Assembly (NCBI GenBank): GCA_026387335.1
Contig: JAPLLX010000006.1
Location: 44,949 to 108,948, forward strand
Source of the DNA: Candidatus Omnitrophota bacterium
GTDB lineage: Bacteria; Omnitrophota; Gorgyraeia; Gygaellales; Profunditerraquicolaceae
DNA: 64,000 bases
Direction: 5' to 3'
Part shown: in pieces, positions 55,153-64,000 of the stretch
Layout of the letters: every line of letters starts with the position of its first letter
Numbering within the stretch: the first letter of the stretch is position 1
Made by a program: the position numbers and the translations under genes
The notes under the pieces: model-generated
Database searches by the model: none
What the model was told of the DNA's origin: nothing
What the model saw: the letters and a program-made list of their open reading frames with translations, nothing else

Positions 55153-55569
55153 CTAAAATATAATTACCCCTGTATCGCTCATCCTCTTTTTTTCCCCCTT
55201 AGCCGGCTCTTTATTCACGACTATGCCGGAAAGAGGAGGAGTGGTTGACGCAAGCTCTTCCTGCTTTAGGCTATTGGAAGCGGAATTTTGAGATTGAAAA
55301 ACTCTTGCCTCTCTCTTTTGGTCCACGGAAATACTCAGCCTGCTCTCAACCGGAACCGCCCCAACAATAGTAACCGCTGGTTTGACTTCCGAAAGCCCTT
55401 GTTCCATAATTGCAACCGGAGGCTCTCGATTAACAGAGTATTCCTGAGCCCTGACTTCTTCGTTAACCGCGCTGGTAACTTTATTTAGATGTGAATTAAT
55501 AGACCTTAAAACCATAAAGATGACCGCGCCTATAATAATCAAAAGAATGAATTTGTTCCTCTTTCCCAT
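55153..55569 (-). CDS. Single-pass membrane protein in the pseudopilin cluster
   Basis: It has an N-terminal TM. I did not recognise a domain. Confidence 0.35.
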   Translation of the reverse strand: MGKRNKFILLIIIGAVIFMVLRSINSHLNKVTSAVNEEVRAQEYSVNREPPVAIMEQGLSEVKPAVTIVGAVPVESRLSISVDQKREARVFQSQNSASNSLKQEELASTTPPLSGIVVNKEPAKGEKKRMSDTGVIIF

Positions 55570-55571
55570 AA

Positions 55572-56885
55572 TTAATCCTCCTGCCAGGCTAAAGTCACAT
55601 AATCTCCGGTGGTGGGGAAAAACGGAGGCGGCGTATCCAACATTCTTGAGTCATAAGTATAATTTTTGGAATATCCGGTTAATTTCTCTCCGCCTATTCC
55701 GTCAAAAGTGCCCACTGGCCCGCGCTGGTCTTGAATAATTCCGCCATAAACAGTCAACGTTCCTTTAGGCGAACCTTTCCACCAATTTTCAAGCATAAAA
55801 GAGGTATTGAGAGCCATGATTGAAGCGTCGACTTCCAGGTTATAAGAGGCGCTACTGGCAATAGTCACATCGCTCTCCGAAATAAGGCCAAGCATATTGG
55901 TTGAACTGGGGTTAACCCGCGGATTATTGAAATAAGTAGTACTACCGACTATTATTACATCGCCGCTTGCTCCGGCAGTAAGCCTTCCATTTAACGTCCC
56001 GGAAACAGTAAGCGTTCCGTTATCCACAAAAAGCGCGCCATTAGCCGGAAGCGGACGAGCTGTCAAAGTGCAACAGTGGCTGCAACTACCTGTGCAATTA
56101 GCGTAATAATAGTCGTTATTAGTAATATCCATAGTTCCGGTAGAATTTAAAACTACAGTTGCATCATCATTTAACCTTAAGCCGCCGCTTGATGACGCGT
56201 TGCGTAGATAAGTAGCCTGCCGGGGCATATTGACAGAGTTAGACCCAAGCGTTAGGCCCCCGTTAAAAGCAGGCGTATCATAAGGAGAGTTGGTTGAATT
56301 ACTCGAAACAATATTGTTCCCGTTATTAAAGTAGTTAATCTGGTCGTTAGTCGAGCGCACCTCGCCGTCAAAGATCGGGCCGGGGTTATGCCCGGCTATA
56401 TTGAGCTGGCCATTGGTATGAGTCGGCCCGTTGAGATGATCCTGATCCCAAAACCAGACATTTGAGCTTCCGTAATTCTCTCCATCGGTAAACCAGATAT
56501 ATCTGGCATAATTATCCACCTGAACAATGTTAGTAAGCCTTTTACTTATGTTCCCTGCAATTCCTACGGAAACAATCTTATATCTGCGCATGGTCCCGTA
56601 TAACCCTAAATCCGTGATTGTTACAGCATAGGTGCCGACAGGCGAAAGTGTCCCCGGGAAATCACTTGCCGAGCCGTCTCTTAACTGTTGAACAGCTTTA
56701 TCCAGCCCTGATTCAGCCAGATCAAAAGCCTGCATCTGCTTTTTAAACAAGTTAACGGCGCTATTCTGGCCGATGCTCGCGTTGACAAAGGTAATAACAA
56801 AAACGATCAGCACCGCTACCACCAGATACGTAGCGATAAGCGCGATACCCTTTTTATTAGCCGCCAGCTTATGGATATATCCCAT
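55572..56885 (-). CDS. PilX_N-domain large minor pseudopilin/tip protein (GspK/PilX-like)
   Basis: KKGIALIATYLVVAVLIVFVITF is a PilX_N-like N-terminus. The 400-aa C-terminus is Asn/Gly/Thr-rich, beta-rich and carries a Cys cluster. Confidence 0.55.
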   Translation of the reverse strand: MGYIHKLAANKKGIALIATYLVVAVLIVFVITFVNASIGQNSAVNLFKKQMQAFDLAESGLDKAVQQLRDGSASDFPGTLSPVGTYAVTITDLGLYGTMRRYKIVSVGIAGNISKRLTNIVQVDNYARYIWFTDGENYGSSNVWFWDQDHLNGPTHTNGQLNIAGHNPGPIFDGEVRSTNDQINYFNNGNNIVSSNSTNSPYDTPAFNGGLTLGSNSVNMPRQATYLRNASSSGGLRLNDDATVVLNSTGTMDITNNDYYYANCTGSCSHCCTLTARPLPANGALFVDNGTLTVSGTLNGRLTAGASGDVIIVGSTTYFNNPRVNPSSTNMLGLISESDVTIASSASYNLEVDASIMALNTSFMLENWWKGSPKGTLTVYGGIIQDQRGPVGTFDGIGGEKLTGYSKNYTYDSRMLDTPPPFFPTTGDYVTLAWQED

Positions 56886-56886
56886 A

Positions 56887-57402
56887 TTAATTCCTCAGCT
56901 TTACAACAAACTCGCCGGTATCCTGAACCAACCTGCCGGTATTCGAAACCTTACTTGCCGTTAAATTAACCTGGATAGTTTCATTCTGCGTTCTGGTAAA
57001 TTGCAACCCCGTGATATTATTGGCGATAATTGTAGTAGCCCCCCCGCTAACTGCTCGCTGAATCCGATTAGAGGCGTTTAGCGAATAGGTTATATTCGGC
57101 GACCACTCTATATCCCCCGCCGTAGTAACAACATATCCATCCCCGTTTAAATCCTGAGGTATTTTAAACACAACGGAACTAGCGGGGCTGTTTAACGTTA
57201 TATTTATTTTAGCCGGGCTGGTTTCGTTTAATTCCTGCCCCATAACGATAATCGAGCGGGCAATCTCCTGCCTCAGCTGAATACTTACATCCGCGTTCAA
57301 CCACGAGCGTTGGCCTATGGATAAAACCAGAAAAAGCGACACTATTAAAATAGCGAGAACAACACTCGTAACCATAATCTCTACCAGAGTAAAACCACGC
57401 AT
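56887..57402 (-). CDS. Pseudopilin with a prepilin N-terminal methylation motif
   Basis: MRGFTLVEIMV is the G^FTLxE class III signal. Confidence 0.7.
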   Translation of the reverse strand: MRGFTLVEIMVTSVVLAILIVSLFLVLSIGQRSWLNADVSIQLRQEIARSIIVMGQELNETSPAKINITLNSPASSVVFKIPQDLNGDGYVVTTAGDIEWSPNITYSLNASNRIQRAVSGGATTIIANNITGLQFTRTQNETIQVNLTASKVSNTGRLVQDTGEFVVKLRN

Positions 57403-57405
57403 AGT

Positions 57406-57936
57406 TTACCTGTTCGCAATCTGGGTGATTAATTCCATCGGAGAGTCTATGATACCGTTTCCGTTAGTATCCTCTCCGGAATTAAGACTGCCGTTTAAGT
57501 TTACGTCTTCGCCGAGTACCCTGTTTCCTTGCCGCCAACAAACACTTACCGTTGCTGTCAGGATCTTAGGCGCGGTTGCGTTGTCTATATCTATATACAC
57601 CACACCCATATTAGCCGGCATATTGTTTACGCTAAAAGTCAAGGCCCAACGATTGGTAGCCACATTAGTCAGGTTATAAAAATTTCCGTTCAACCTTATC
57701 TGAGGCTGCACTTTGTCGGAAAGAGTAGTAAAGGGAGTAGCCCGGATTTGTTCGATAACTCCTTGAGAGGCTGAAGCAGCGATGTTAGTATTCTTGGAAA
57801 TACTTACTAAGTTAAAAGAAGCAAGATAAGTAGCTAAAATCCCGCAAAGGGCAAAACCCAGAATACCTACAGCCAGAAGAACCTCGGCCAAGGTAAATCC
57901 GCTTTTAGCTAAACTCCTAGCCAACTTTAACCGCAT
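57406..57936 (-). CDS. Pseudopilin with a prepilin N-terminal methylation motif
   Basis: KSGFTLAEVLLAVGILGF is the class III signal. Confidence 0.7.
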   Translation of the reverse strand: MRLKLARSLAKSGFTLAEVLLAVGILGFALCGILATYLASFNLVSISKNTNIAASASQGVIEQIRATPFTTLSDKVQPQIRLNGNFYNLTNVATNRWALTFSVNNMPANMGVVYIDIDNATAPKILTATVSVCWRQGNRVLGEDVNLNGSLNSGEDTNGNGIIDSPMELITQIANR

Positions 57937-58570
57937 GATCGCTCCCGATACTTGACTCTAGCGTATTTATGAATTTTTTCTTAAAATCTTCCGCGCAAAT
58001 ATTATTCCCTAATTCTGACTCAACAGACGTTATCATTATATCCATACCGCAGGGCCTAATCAAGGAAAAATTGGCTAAATCGTCCCGTTTAATATTAATA
58101 CTTAACCCGTGAAAAGTGATCCAGTTTCTGACCGCAATACCGATAGAAGCTATTTTACGCTCCCCAACCCAGACACCGGTCAGGCCTAGGCGCCTTTTTC
58201 CTTTTATCCCGCACTCGCTTAATGCGCTGATAATTAGCCCTTCCAGGAACCTTAAGAACCAATTAATATCTTTTTTTAGATAATTCAGGTTAAATACCGG
58301 ATATACGGTTAACTGGCCCGGACCGTGATAAGTAACATCACCACCCCGCTCCACATCATAAATAGTTATTCCTTTATTTTTTAGTTCCTCGACGGAAACG
58401 GTAATATTGCTTTTTTTAGCGCTTCTACCGCAGGTAATAACCGGATAATGCCGGCAAATAACCAAAACTTTATCCAAAACCCCACTTTTTACCTCCTGGA
58501 ATAATTCCCTTTGTAAGGCATAAGCCTCCGGGAAACTAACCAGGCCTAAGTCAATTATTTTTAAAGCCAT
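57917..58570 (-). CDS. lipB: Octanoyltransferase (lipoyl(octanoyl) transferase)
   Basis: ERGGDVTYHGPGQLTVYP matches the LipB RGGxxTYHGPGQ motif. Confidence 0.85.
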   Translation of the reverse strand: MALKIIDLGLVSFPEAYALQRELFQEVKSGVLDKVLVICRHYPVITCGRSAKKSNITVSVEELKNKGITIYDVERGGDVTYHGPGQLTVYPVFNLNYLKKDINWFLRFLEGLIISALSECGIKGKRRLGLTGVWVGERKIASIGIAVRNWITFHGLSINIKRDDLANFSLIRPCGMDIMITSVESELGNNICAEDFKKKFINTLESSIGSDHAVKVG

Positions 58571-58580
58571 TTTATTAATA

Positions 58581-59870
58581 TTATCTTAATGCTTCGGTTA
58601 TGGTTTCGCAAAGGGTGGGGTGAGCAAATAAAGTTTGGCGCAGGTTTTTTACAGTAAGAGAATTCCGGACGGCTAAAGTCATTATCCCGATTAATTCCGT
58701 TGCTTTTGGCCCGATGATGGAAGCGCCTATGACCATACCGGATTTTTTCTCCGAGATAATTTTTAGGAATCCCTCTGTTTCATCCATTATCCGGGCCATA
58801 CCTGAACCCAGGAAATCAAACCTATGGATATCTATATCTATTCCTTTGGATTCAGCTTTATCTTCATTCAGGCCGATAGAACCAATCTCAGGCTCGGTAA
58901 AAATACAGGCCGGGACAGAAGTTAAATCGTCAGGCTTAGCATTAGCCGGATCAGCTAGATTCTGGACCGCTAAAATACCCTGATAACCGGCAAAGTGGGC
59001 CAGCATGATTTTAGAAGCGCAATCACCGGCCGCGTAAATATTTTTTATATTTGTGCGCAGGTAATCGTCAACAATGACCCTGCCTTTATCCAGCCCTATA
59101 CCCAGTTTTTCCAATCCTAAGCTTTGAGTTTGAGGGGTTCTTCCGACACAGACTAAGAGAGTATCAAAGTCAGCTGGATTAAAAGTTAGGTCATCAGTAT
59201 TAGTGTTTACCTTGATCCCCTTCTTTTTAAACTGGGTTTCTATTTTTTTGGCCACTTCTTTATCTTCTTCCGGAAGAAGCTGGGGCATCTTCTCAACAAT
59301 AGTGACTTTTGAACCGAGAATGGAAAAAAGGCTGGCGAACTCGCAGCCTATTACCCCGCCGCCGATTATTAAAAGGGTGCCGGGGATCTTTTTAAGAGAA
59401 AGGATTTCATCACTAGAGAGGACTTTCTGGGAATCGAATTTAAATTGCGCCAGTTCGTATGGTCTGGAGCCACTGGCAATAAGAATGTTTTTTGCCTGGA
59501 GAGTTCCACTAGAAACCTTTATCTCCTGAGGCGAGATTATTTGGGCTGGGCTAGCTATAAAATCAATGCCGCTGAGCCTGGATCGCATTCCGGACCTTAA
59601 CTGTTGGATTAGCTTATCTTTTCTATCCTGAATCTTGCTAAAATCCAGCGCCGGCTCCGGCGTATTAATGCCGAAAGCGGAAGATTTCTTGATAAGGTTA
59701 AATACTTTAGCGGATTGAATTAATGTTTTGGTGGGGATACAGCCAAGATTCAGGCAGGTGCCGCCTATTTCCGATCTATCCACTAAGGCGCATTTAAGCC
59801 CAAGTTGTTTTGCTTTTAGGCTGGCGTTAAAACCAGCCCAACCCGCGCCGATTATAGCTAAATCATACAT
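58581..59870 (-). CDS. lpd: Dihydrolipoyl dehydrogenase-family flavoprotein disulfide reductase
   Basis: GGTCLNLGCIPTK is the redox disulfide motif. The C-terminus has HAHPTLCE. Confidence 0.8.
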   Translation of the reverse strand: MYDLAIIGAGWAGFNASLKAKQLGLKCALVDRSEIGGTCLNLGCIPTKTLIQSAKVFNLIKKSSAFGINTPEPALDFSKIQDRKDKLIQQLRSGMRSRLSGIDFIASPAQIISPQEIKVSSGTLQAKNILIASGSRPYELAQFKFDSQKVLSSDEILSLKKIPGTLLIIGGGVIGCEFASLFSILGSKVTIVEKMPQLLPEEDKEVAKKIETQFKKKGIKVNTNTDDLTFNPADFDTLLVCVGRTPQTQSLGLEKLGIGLDKGRVIVDDYLRTNIKNIYAAGDCASKIMLAHFAGYQGILAVQNLADPANAKPDDLTSVPACIFTEPEIGSIGLNEDKAESKGIDIDIHRFDFLGSGMARIMDETEGFLKIISEKKSGMVIGASIIGPKATELIGIMTLAVRNSLTVKNLRQTLFAHPTLCETITEALR

Positions 59871-59876
59871 AGGTTA

Positions 59877-60800
59877 TTAGCCAACAGGCAATTGCCGCAA
59901 TAAATTCCGGATAGAATCAGCTGAATGCAAAAACTTTTCTTTCTCTTCCTCGCTTAAATCCAGCTCAATGATATTCTCAATCCCGGTCTTACCCAGGCGG
60001 CAGGGGACTCCGATACAGGTATCTTTAATTCCATACTCGCCGCTTAAATAGGCGCAGACGCCTAAAATCTTTTTTTCATCTTTAGCGACAGCCTTGACTA
60101 CTTCCGTAACCGCCGCCGATGGAGCAAAGAAAGCGCTGCCGCTTCCTAAAAATGCAACAATTTCAGCGCCCCTTCCTACAGTCTTATCTACCAGGCTAGC
60201 AATTTTCTCTTTATTTAAAAACTTTTCCAGGCTTACCCCTTTTATCTTGGTATGTTTAGCCAAAGGCAACATCCCCTCACCATGCGCGCCGATTACAACC
60301 GCGTCTATATCCGCCGGCTGCAGGTTTAATTCCTCAGAAATGAGATTAGCGAATCTTGAGGCATCCAGGCTAATCCCCATCCCCAAAACTTTATTTTTAG
60401 AAAAACCCGTGACTTTCAAGGCTAAATAAGTCATCAGGTCAAGCGGATTAGTAACCATGATAACAACCGAATTAGCGGCTAACGACTTTATACTTAAACA
60501 TACTTCTTTTAATATCTGGCTGTTCTTGGCTAAAAGCTCTTCCCGGGTCATTCCGGGTTTACGGGCTAAGCCAGCGGTAATCACCACGATATCAGAATCC
60601 CGGATAGCGTTTATATCGTCAGAACCCTGAACATTATAATTAATTTTTAATATTGAACGGGCATCCTCTAGATCCAGGGCTTTTCCTTTAGCCAGGCCTT
60701 TAGCAATATCAACAAGCACAACATCGCCCAGGCCGCATTGGGCAATGCGCATAGCACTTATTGCCCCCACATTTCCCGCTCCGATAATACTTATTTTCAT
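59877..60800 (-). CDS. mdh: Malate dehydrogenase (LDH-like MDH)
   Basis: IIGAGNVGA and AGLARKPGMTRE are present. The Arg at the substrate-specificity position indicates MDH. Confidence 0.8.
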   Translation of the reverse strand: MKISIIGAGNVGAISAMRIAQCGLGDVVLVDIAKGLAKGKALDLEDARSILKINYNVQGSDDINAIRDSDIVVITAGLARKPGMTREELLAKNSQILKEVCLSIKSLAANSVVIMVTNPLDLMTYLALKVTGFSKNKVLGMGISLDASRFANLISEELNLQPADIDAVVIGAHGEGMLPLAKHTKIKGVSLEKFLNKEKIASLVDKTVGRGAEIVAFLGSGSAFFAPSAAVTEVVKAVAKDEKKILGVCAYLSGEYGIKDTCIGVPCRLGKTGIENIIELDLSEEEKEKFLHSADSIRNLLRQLPVG

Positions 60801-60803
60801 TGA

Positions 60804-61892
60804 TTACTTCTCTTTTATTTTTTGGATAATTGCGTCGGCCATTTGAGCAGTGCCGACAATTCCAGATTCGCTGGGGCTAGGCTTAAAATCGTAGGTGACC
60901 TCTTTTCCCTCAGAAATGACTTCTTTTACCGCGTTCTCTAAAATACGGGCGGCTCTATCTTCTTTTAGGTATTCAAGCATAAGCACGCCGGATAAAATCA
61001 TCGCGGTAGGATTTACTTTATTTAACCCCTTGTATTTCGGCGCTGAACCATGGACCGCCTCAAATACCGCCATATCTTTTCCGATATTTGCTCCGGGAGC
61101 AATACCCAATCCGCCGATTAAGCCGGCGCATAAATCTGAAAGGATATCCCCGTATAAGTTAGGCAGGACTAAAACATCGTAGAGATGAGGTTTCTGGACC
61201 AATTGCATGCACATATTATCAACTATGGATTCCCCGAAAGCGATTCTCCCCGCGTAATCTTTGGCCACTTCCCGTCCCGTCTTTAAGAAGAGGCCGTCGG
61301 TAAACTTCATAATATTAGCCTTATGCACGATAGTAACTTTTTTACGATTATGCTCTAAAGCGTATTCAAAAGCAAACTTGACTATTCTTTCGGAACCGCT
61401 TTTAGATATAGGCTTAATGGAAATTCCGGAATCCGGGCGGATCTTCTTCTTAGTTGCCTCTGCAATCTCTTGAATGAGTTTTCTAGTTTCGCTTTTTCCT
61501 TCTTCAAACTCTATCCCCGCGTAAAGGTCTTCGCTATTTTCACGCACAATCACCAAATCAATATTTTTATAAAGGCTTCTTACCCCGGGATAAGTTTTTG
61601 CCGGACGAACACAAGCGTATAAATCTAAAGCCTGCCTTAGAGCCACATTAACCGAACGAAAGCCCTCGCCGATAGGCGTGATTATCGGGCCCTTAAGAGC
61701 GACTTTATTTCTTTTTATGGAATCAATGGTGGATTTTGGAAGCAACTCACCCGTTTTCTCCAAAGCCTCGGTCCCGGCTAAAGCCTCTTCCCAATCAATT
61801 TTTACGCCGGTAGCCTCTATACATCTCCTGGCGGCCGCGCTTACTTCAGGCCCTATACCGTCTCCGGGAATTAAGGTGACTTTATGGCTCAT
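60804..61892 (-). CDS. Isocitrate / 3-isopropylmalate / homoisocitrate dehydrogenase family protein
   Basis: [10 protein letters not shown] and the Iso_dh fold are present. Confidence 0.8.
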   Translation of the reverse strand: MSHKVTLIPGDGIGPEVSAAARRCIEATGVKIDWEEALAGTEALEKTGELLPKSTIDSIKRNKVALKGPIITPIGEGFRSVNVALRQALDLYACVRPAKTYPGVRSLYKNIDLVIVRENSEDLYAGIEFEEGKSETRKLIQEIAEATKKKIRPDSGISIKPISKSGSERIVKFAFEYALEHNRKKVTIVHKANIMKFTDGLFLKTGREVAKDYAGRIAFGESIVDNMCMQLVQKPHLYDVLVLPNLYGDILSDLCAGLIGGLGIAPGANIGKDMAVFEAVHGSAPKYKGLNKVNPTAMILSGVLMLEYLKEDRAARILENAVKEVISEGKEVTYDFKPSPSESGIVGTAQMADAIIQKIKEK

Positions 61893-62393
61893 TTAGACCT
61901 TAAGCTCTCCATGTTTCTTATAATAACTGATTATGCCGCCTTCTTTAAGCAGCTCCTGCATAAATTTAGGGAAGGGTTTTATCGGCAGGTCCATATTCTT
62001 AGTCATATTTCTGACTATGCCTTTATCTAAATCTATATCGATTAAATCGCTTTCGGCTATCTTATCCGTATCTGTTTCGATCAGGGCCAAACCGATGTTA
62101 AAGGCGTTACGGTAAAATATGCGGGCAAAACTCTTGGCTAAAACAGCTACCAGGCCGGCCTCTTTTATCACTAAAGGAGCCTGTTCGCGCGATGAGCCCA
62201 TTCCAAAATTACTGCCGGCTACTATCAGGGATTTACCCGGAATGATTTTGGCGGCAAAGCCCGGGTCAATATCTTCCATAATATGCTTAGCCAGCTCTTG
62301 CATATCGGTAATGGCAAATTTATACCTTCCGGAAATAATAAAATCCGTATTAATATTATCGCCTAACTTTAGAGCCTTACCTTCCAGTTTCAT
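61893..62393 (-). CDS. Aconitase-family small subunit (LeuD-like swivel domain)
   Basis: KLGDNINTDFIISGRY is a LeuD motif. Confidence 0.75.
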   Translation of the reverse strand: MKLEGKALKLGDNINTDFIISGRYKFAITDMQELAKHIMEDIDPGFAAKIIPGKSLIVAGSNFGMGSSREQAPLVIKEAGLVAVLAKSFARIFYRNAFNIGLALIETDTDKIAESDLIDIDLDKGIVRNMTKNMDLPIKPFPKFMQELLKEGGIISYYKKHGELKV

Positions 62394-63436
62394 AGTTGCC
62401 TGAATTCGTCCTGGTTTTTAACCTTAGAAAGCGCGACATCTAAAGTGATCAAACCTTTTTGGGTCAACTCCTTTAAACATTTATCCATAGTCTTCATTCC
62501 GTATTGCGAGCCTGTCTGCATAAGCGTAGGTATCTGCTCAATCTCCTGTTCGCGGATAAGGTTTCTAATTCCGGAGGTGCCGATCATTATTTCTGTAGCC
62601 AACACTCTTCCCTTACCGGATGCATGCGGAAGCAACAATTGCGAAACCACACCTTGAAGACAATCTGCCAATTGCAATTTTACCTGCTGCTGCTGGTACG
62701 GAGGGAAGACGTCAATAATCCTTTCAATGGTTTGCGGCGCGTCCGGAGTGTGTAAAGTCGCTAAAACCAAGTGGCCGGTTTCCGCCGCGGTCAAAGCAGT
62801 AGATATGGTCTCTAAGTCCCGCATTTCTCCCACAACAATAACATTGGGGTCCTGGCGCAGCGCGTGTTTTAAGGCATCGGCAAAAGATCGCGTATCCGAA
62901 TAAACTTCCCGCTGCTTAATAACGCTCTTTTCATTTTTATATATAAATTCAATCGGGTCCTCTATGCACATAATCAGGCATTCTTTTTCCTTATTAATCA
63001 AATCAATCATGGTAGCCAGGGTCGTGGTTTTTCCCATACCGGTAGGCCCGGTAACCAAAACTAAACCGTTTGGCCTACGGGCCAGGTCACTGATGATCTG
63101 CGGAAGCCCTAATTTCTCAACTGTGGGAATCTCTAATGGCACGCGCCTGAATGCCGCTTCCGGAGAACCTTTTTGTAAATGGACATTGACGCGAAACCTA
63201 TCCAATCCCGGCAGGGCAAGAGAAAAATCCAGCTCCAGGTCCTTTTCAAACATCTCCTTCTGAGTATTGGTCAATATGCCATAAATCATGCGTTTGAGGT
63301 CCTGTTTATCCAAGGGAGGAAATTCCGTGCGGTGGAGACTACCGTCAATACGTAAAATCGGAGGCTCATTTTCGGTTATATGCAAATCAGAAGCGCCTTT
63401 AGCAATACACATTAAAAGCAATTCCCTTATTTCCAT
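62390..63436 (-). CDS. pilT: Type IV pilus retraction ATPase PilT
   Basis: It starts MEIRELLLMCIAKGASDLHI. Walker A is GPTGMGKTT. It is a PilT/GspE-type hexameric ATPase. Confidence 0.85.
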   Translation of the reverse strand: MEIRELLLMCIAKGASDLHITENEPPILRIDGSLHRTEFPPLDKQDLKRMIYGILTNTQKEMFEKDLELDFSLALPGLDRFRVNVHLQKGSPEAAFRRVPLEIPTVEKLGLPQIISDLARRPNGLVLVTGPTGMGKTTTLATMIDLINKEKECLIMCIEDPIEFIYKNEKSVIKQREVYSDTRSFADALKHALRQDPNVIVVGEMRDLETISTALTAAETGHLVLATLHTPDAPQTIERIIDVFPPYQQQQVKLQLADCLQGVVSQLLLPHASGKGRVLATEIMIGTSGIRNLIREQEIEQIPTLMQTGSQYGMKTMDKCLKELTQKGLITLDVALSKVKNQDEFRQL

Positions 63437-63511
63437 TATTGCCTCCCTGCCCAGAAGGGCGCACCGACGCAAATCCGATCAGCGTCGGGTGTAACTCATA
63501 AAACCAAATTA

Positions 63512-64000
63512 TTAAAGAAAAATTTTTGGATCAGTAATACAGCCTTTGATTGCCGAAGCAGCCACGGTTGCCGGAGAAGCTAAATATATAAAAGCGTTAG
63601 GATTACCCATCCTGCCTTTAAAATTCCTGTTCGCTGTGGATATGACTATTTCTCCATCGCTGGGGATACCGTTATGCGTGCCTACGCATGGCCCGCATCC
63701 CGGAGACAGGATTATTGCCCCGGCTTCTATAAATACATTCACTAACTTTAACTTTATGGCGCTAAGTAATACTGACCGCGAGCTGGGAGCAATGATCAGC
63801 CGCACACCCGCAGCCACTCTCCTACCTTTTAATATTTTAGCAGCAATTTTAAGATCTTGCAACCTTCCATTTGTGCAGGTGCCTAAAAACGCTTCGTTTA
63901 TCTTTATCTCCTTTAATTCCTCTGCCGGCCTGGCGTTATCCACGCAGTGGGGGCTGGATACCTGAGGCTTAAGTCCGGATATATCAAACTCCCAAACTTT
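63512..64000 (-). CDS. Aconitase-family large subunit (LeuC-like), C-terminal part; the gene continues past the window end
   Basis: ...SPGCGPCVGTHNGIPSDGEIVISTANRNFKGRMG is the aconitase Fe-S ligand region. The ORF is open to position 64000. Confidence 0.7.
   Translation of the reverse strand, partial: KVWEFDISGLKPQVSSPHCVDNARPAEELKEIKINEAFLGTCTNGRLQDLKIAAKILKGRRVAAGVRLIIAPSSRSVLLSAIKLKLVNVFIEAGAIILSPGCGPCVGTHNGIPSDGEIVISTANRNFKGRMGNPNAFIYLASPATVAASAIKGCITDPKIFL

Noticed and set aside
1-64000. CRISPR arrays or cas genes
   Set aside because: No regularly spaced direct repeats were seen. No Cas-like proteins appear among the ORFs.

Overview
This 64-kb window is bacterial chromosomal DNA of about 40% GC. 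Genes are densely packed, mostly on the minus strand, with frequent ATGA-type start/stop overlaps, and most use Shine-Dalgarno sites. Most of the window is housekeeping. These genes include carB, accBC, efp, pepP, aroQ, aroB, pfkA, gmhA and rfaE domain II, thiC and thiE, lpd and lipB, mdh, an icd/leuB-family dehydrogenase, leuCD-like genes, rpsU, and one tRNA-Gly(CCC). There is a large cobalamin salvage and uptake supra-operon: tonB, a btuB-like receptor, btuFCD-like genes, cobC, cobU, cobT, cobS and cobO. It is controlled by two cobalamin riboswitches. It contains an unexpected PP-loop (Dph6/COG2102-like) ATPase. A lexA / small ORF / dinB SOS cassette is present. It has a candidate LexA operator palindrome on what looks like a leaderless lexA promoter, and a large compound hairpin immediately upstream of dinB. 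A type IV pilus / T2SS-like module is spread across the window: a GspA/GspB-like pair, three pseudopilins including a PilX_N protein, and PilT. The window also carries c-di-GMP components: two HD-GYP proteins and two PilZ proteins. The most unusual locus is at the 5' end. A GH57 alpha-glucan enzyme gene is followed by a membrane-anchored CBM-like protein, then a ParA-type ATPase fused to an AMPK-beta-type glycogen-binding domain (CBM48), then a histone-H1-like basic protein. I interpret this as a candidate ParA-based glycogen-granule positioning system. Several likely real small genes are missing from the ORF track: rpsU, a Trm112-like zinc ribbon, and a CxxC mini-protein. Between rpsU and tonB there is a GC-rich, hairpin-dense stretch of about 400 nt that looks like an unassigned structured RNA. 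I found no CRISPR array, no transposase and no integrase.
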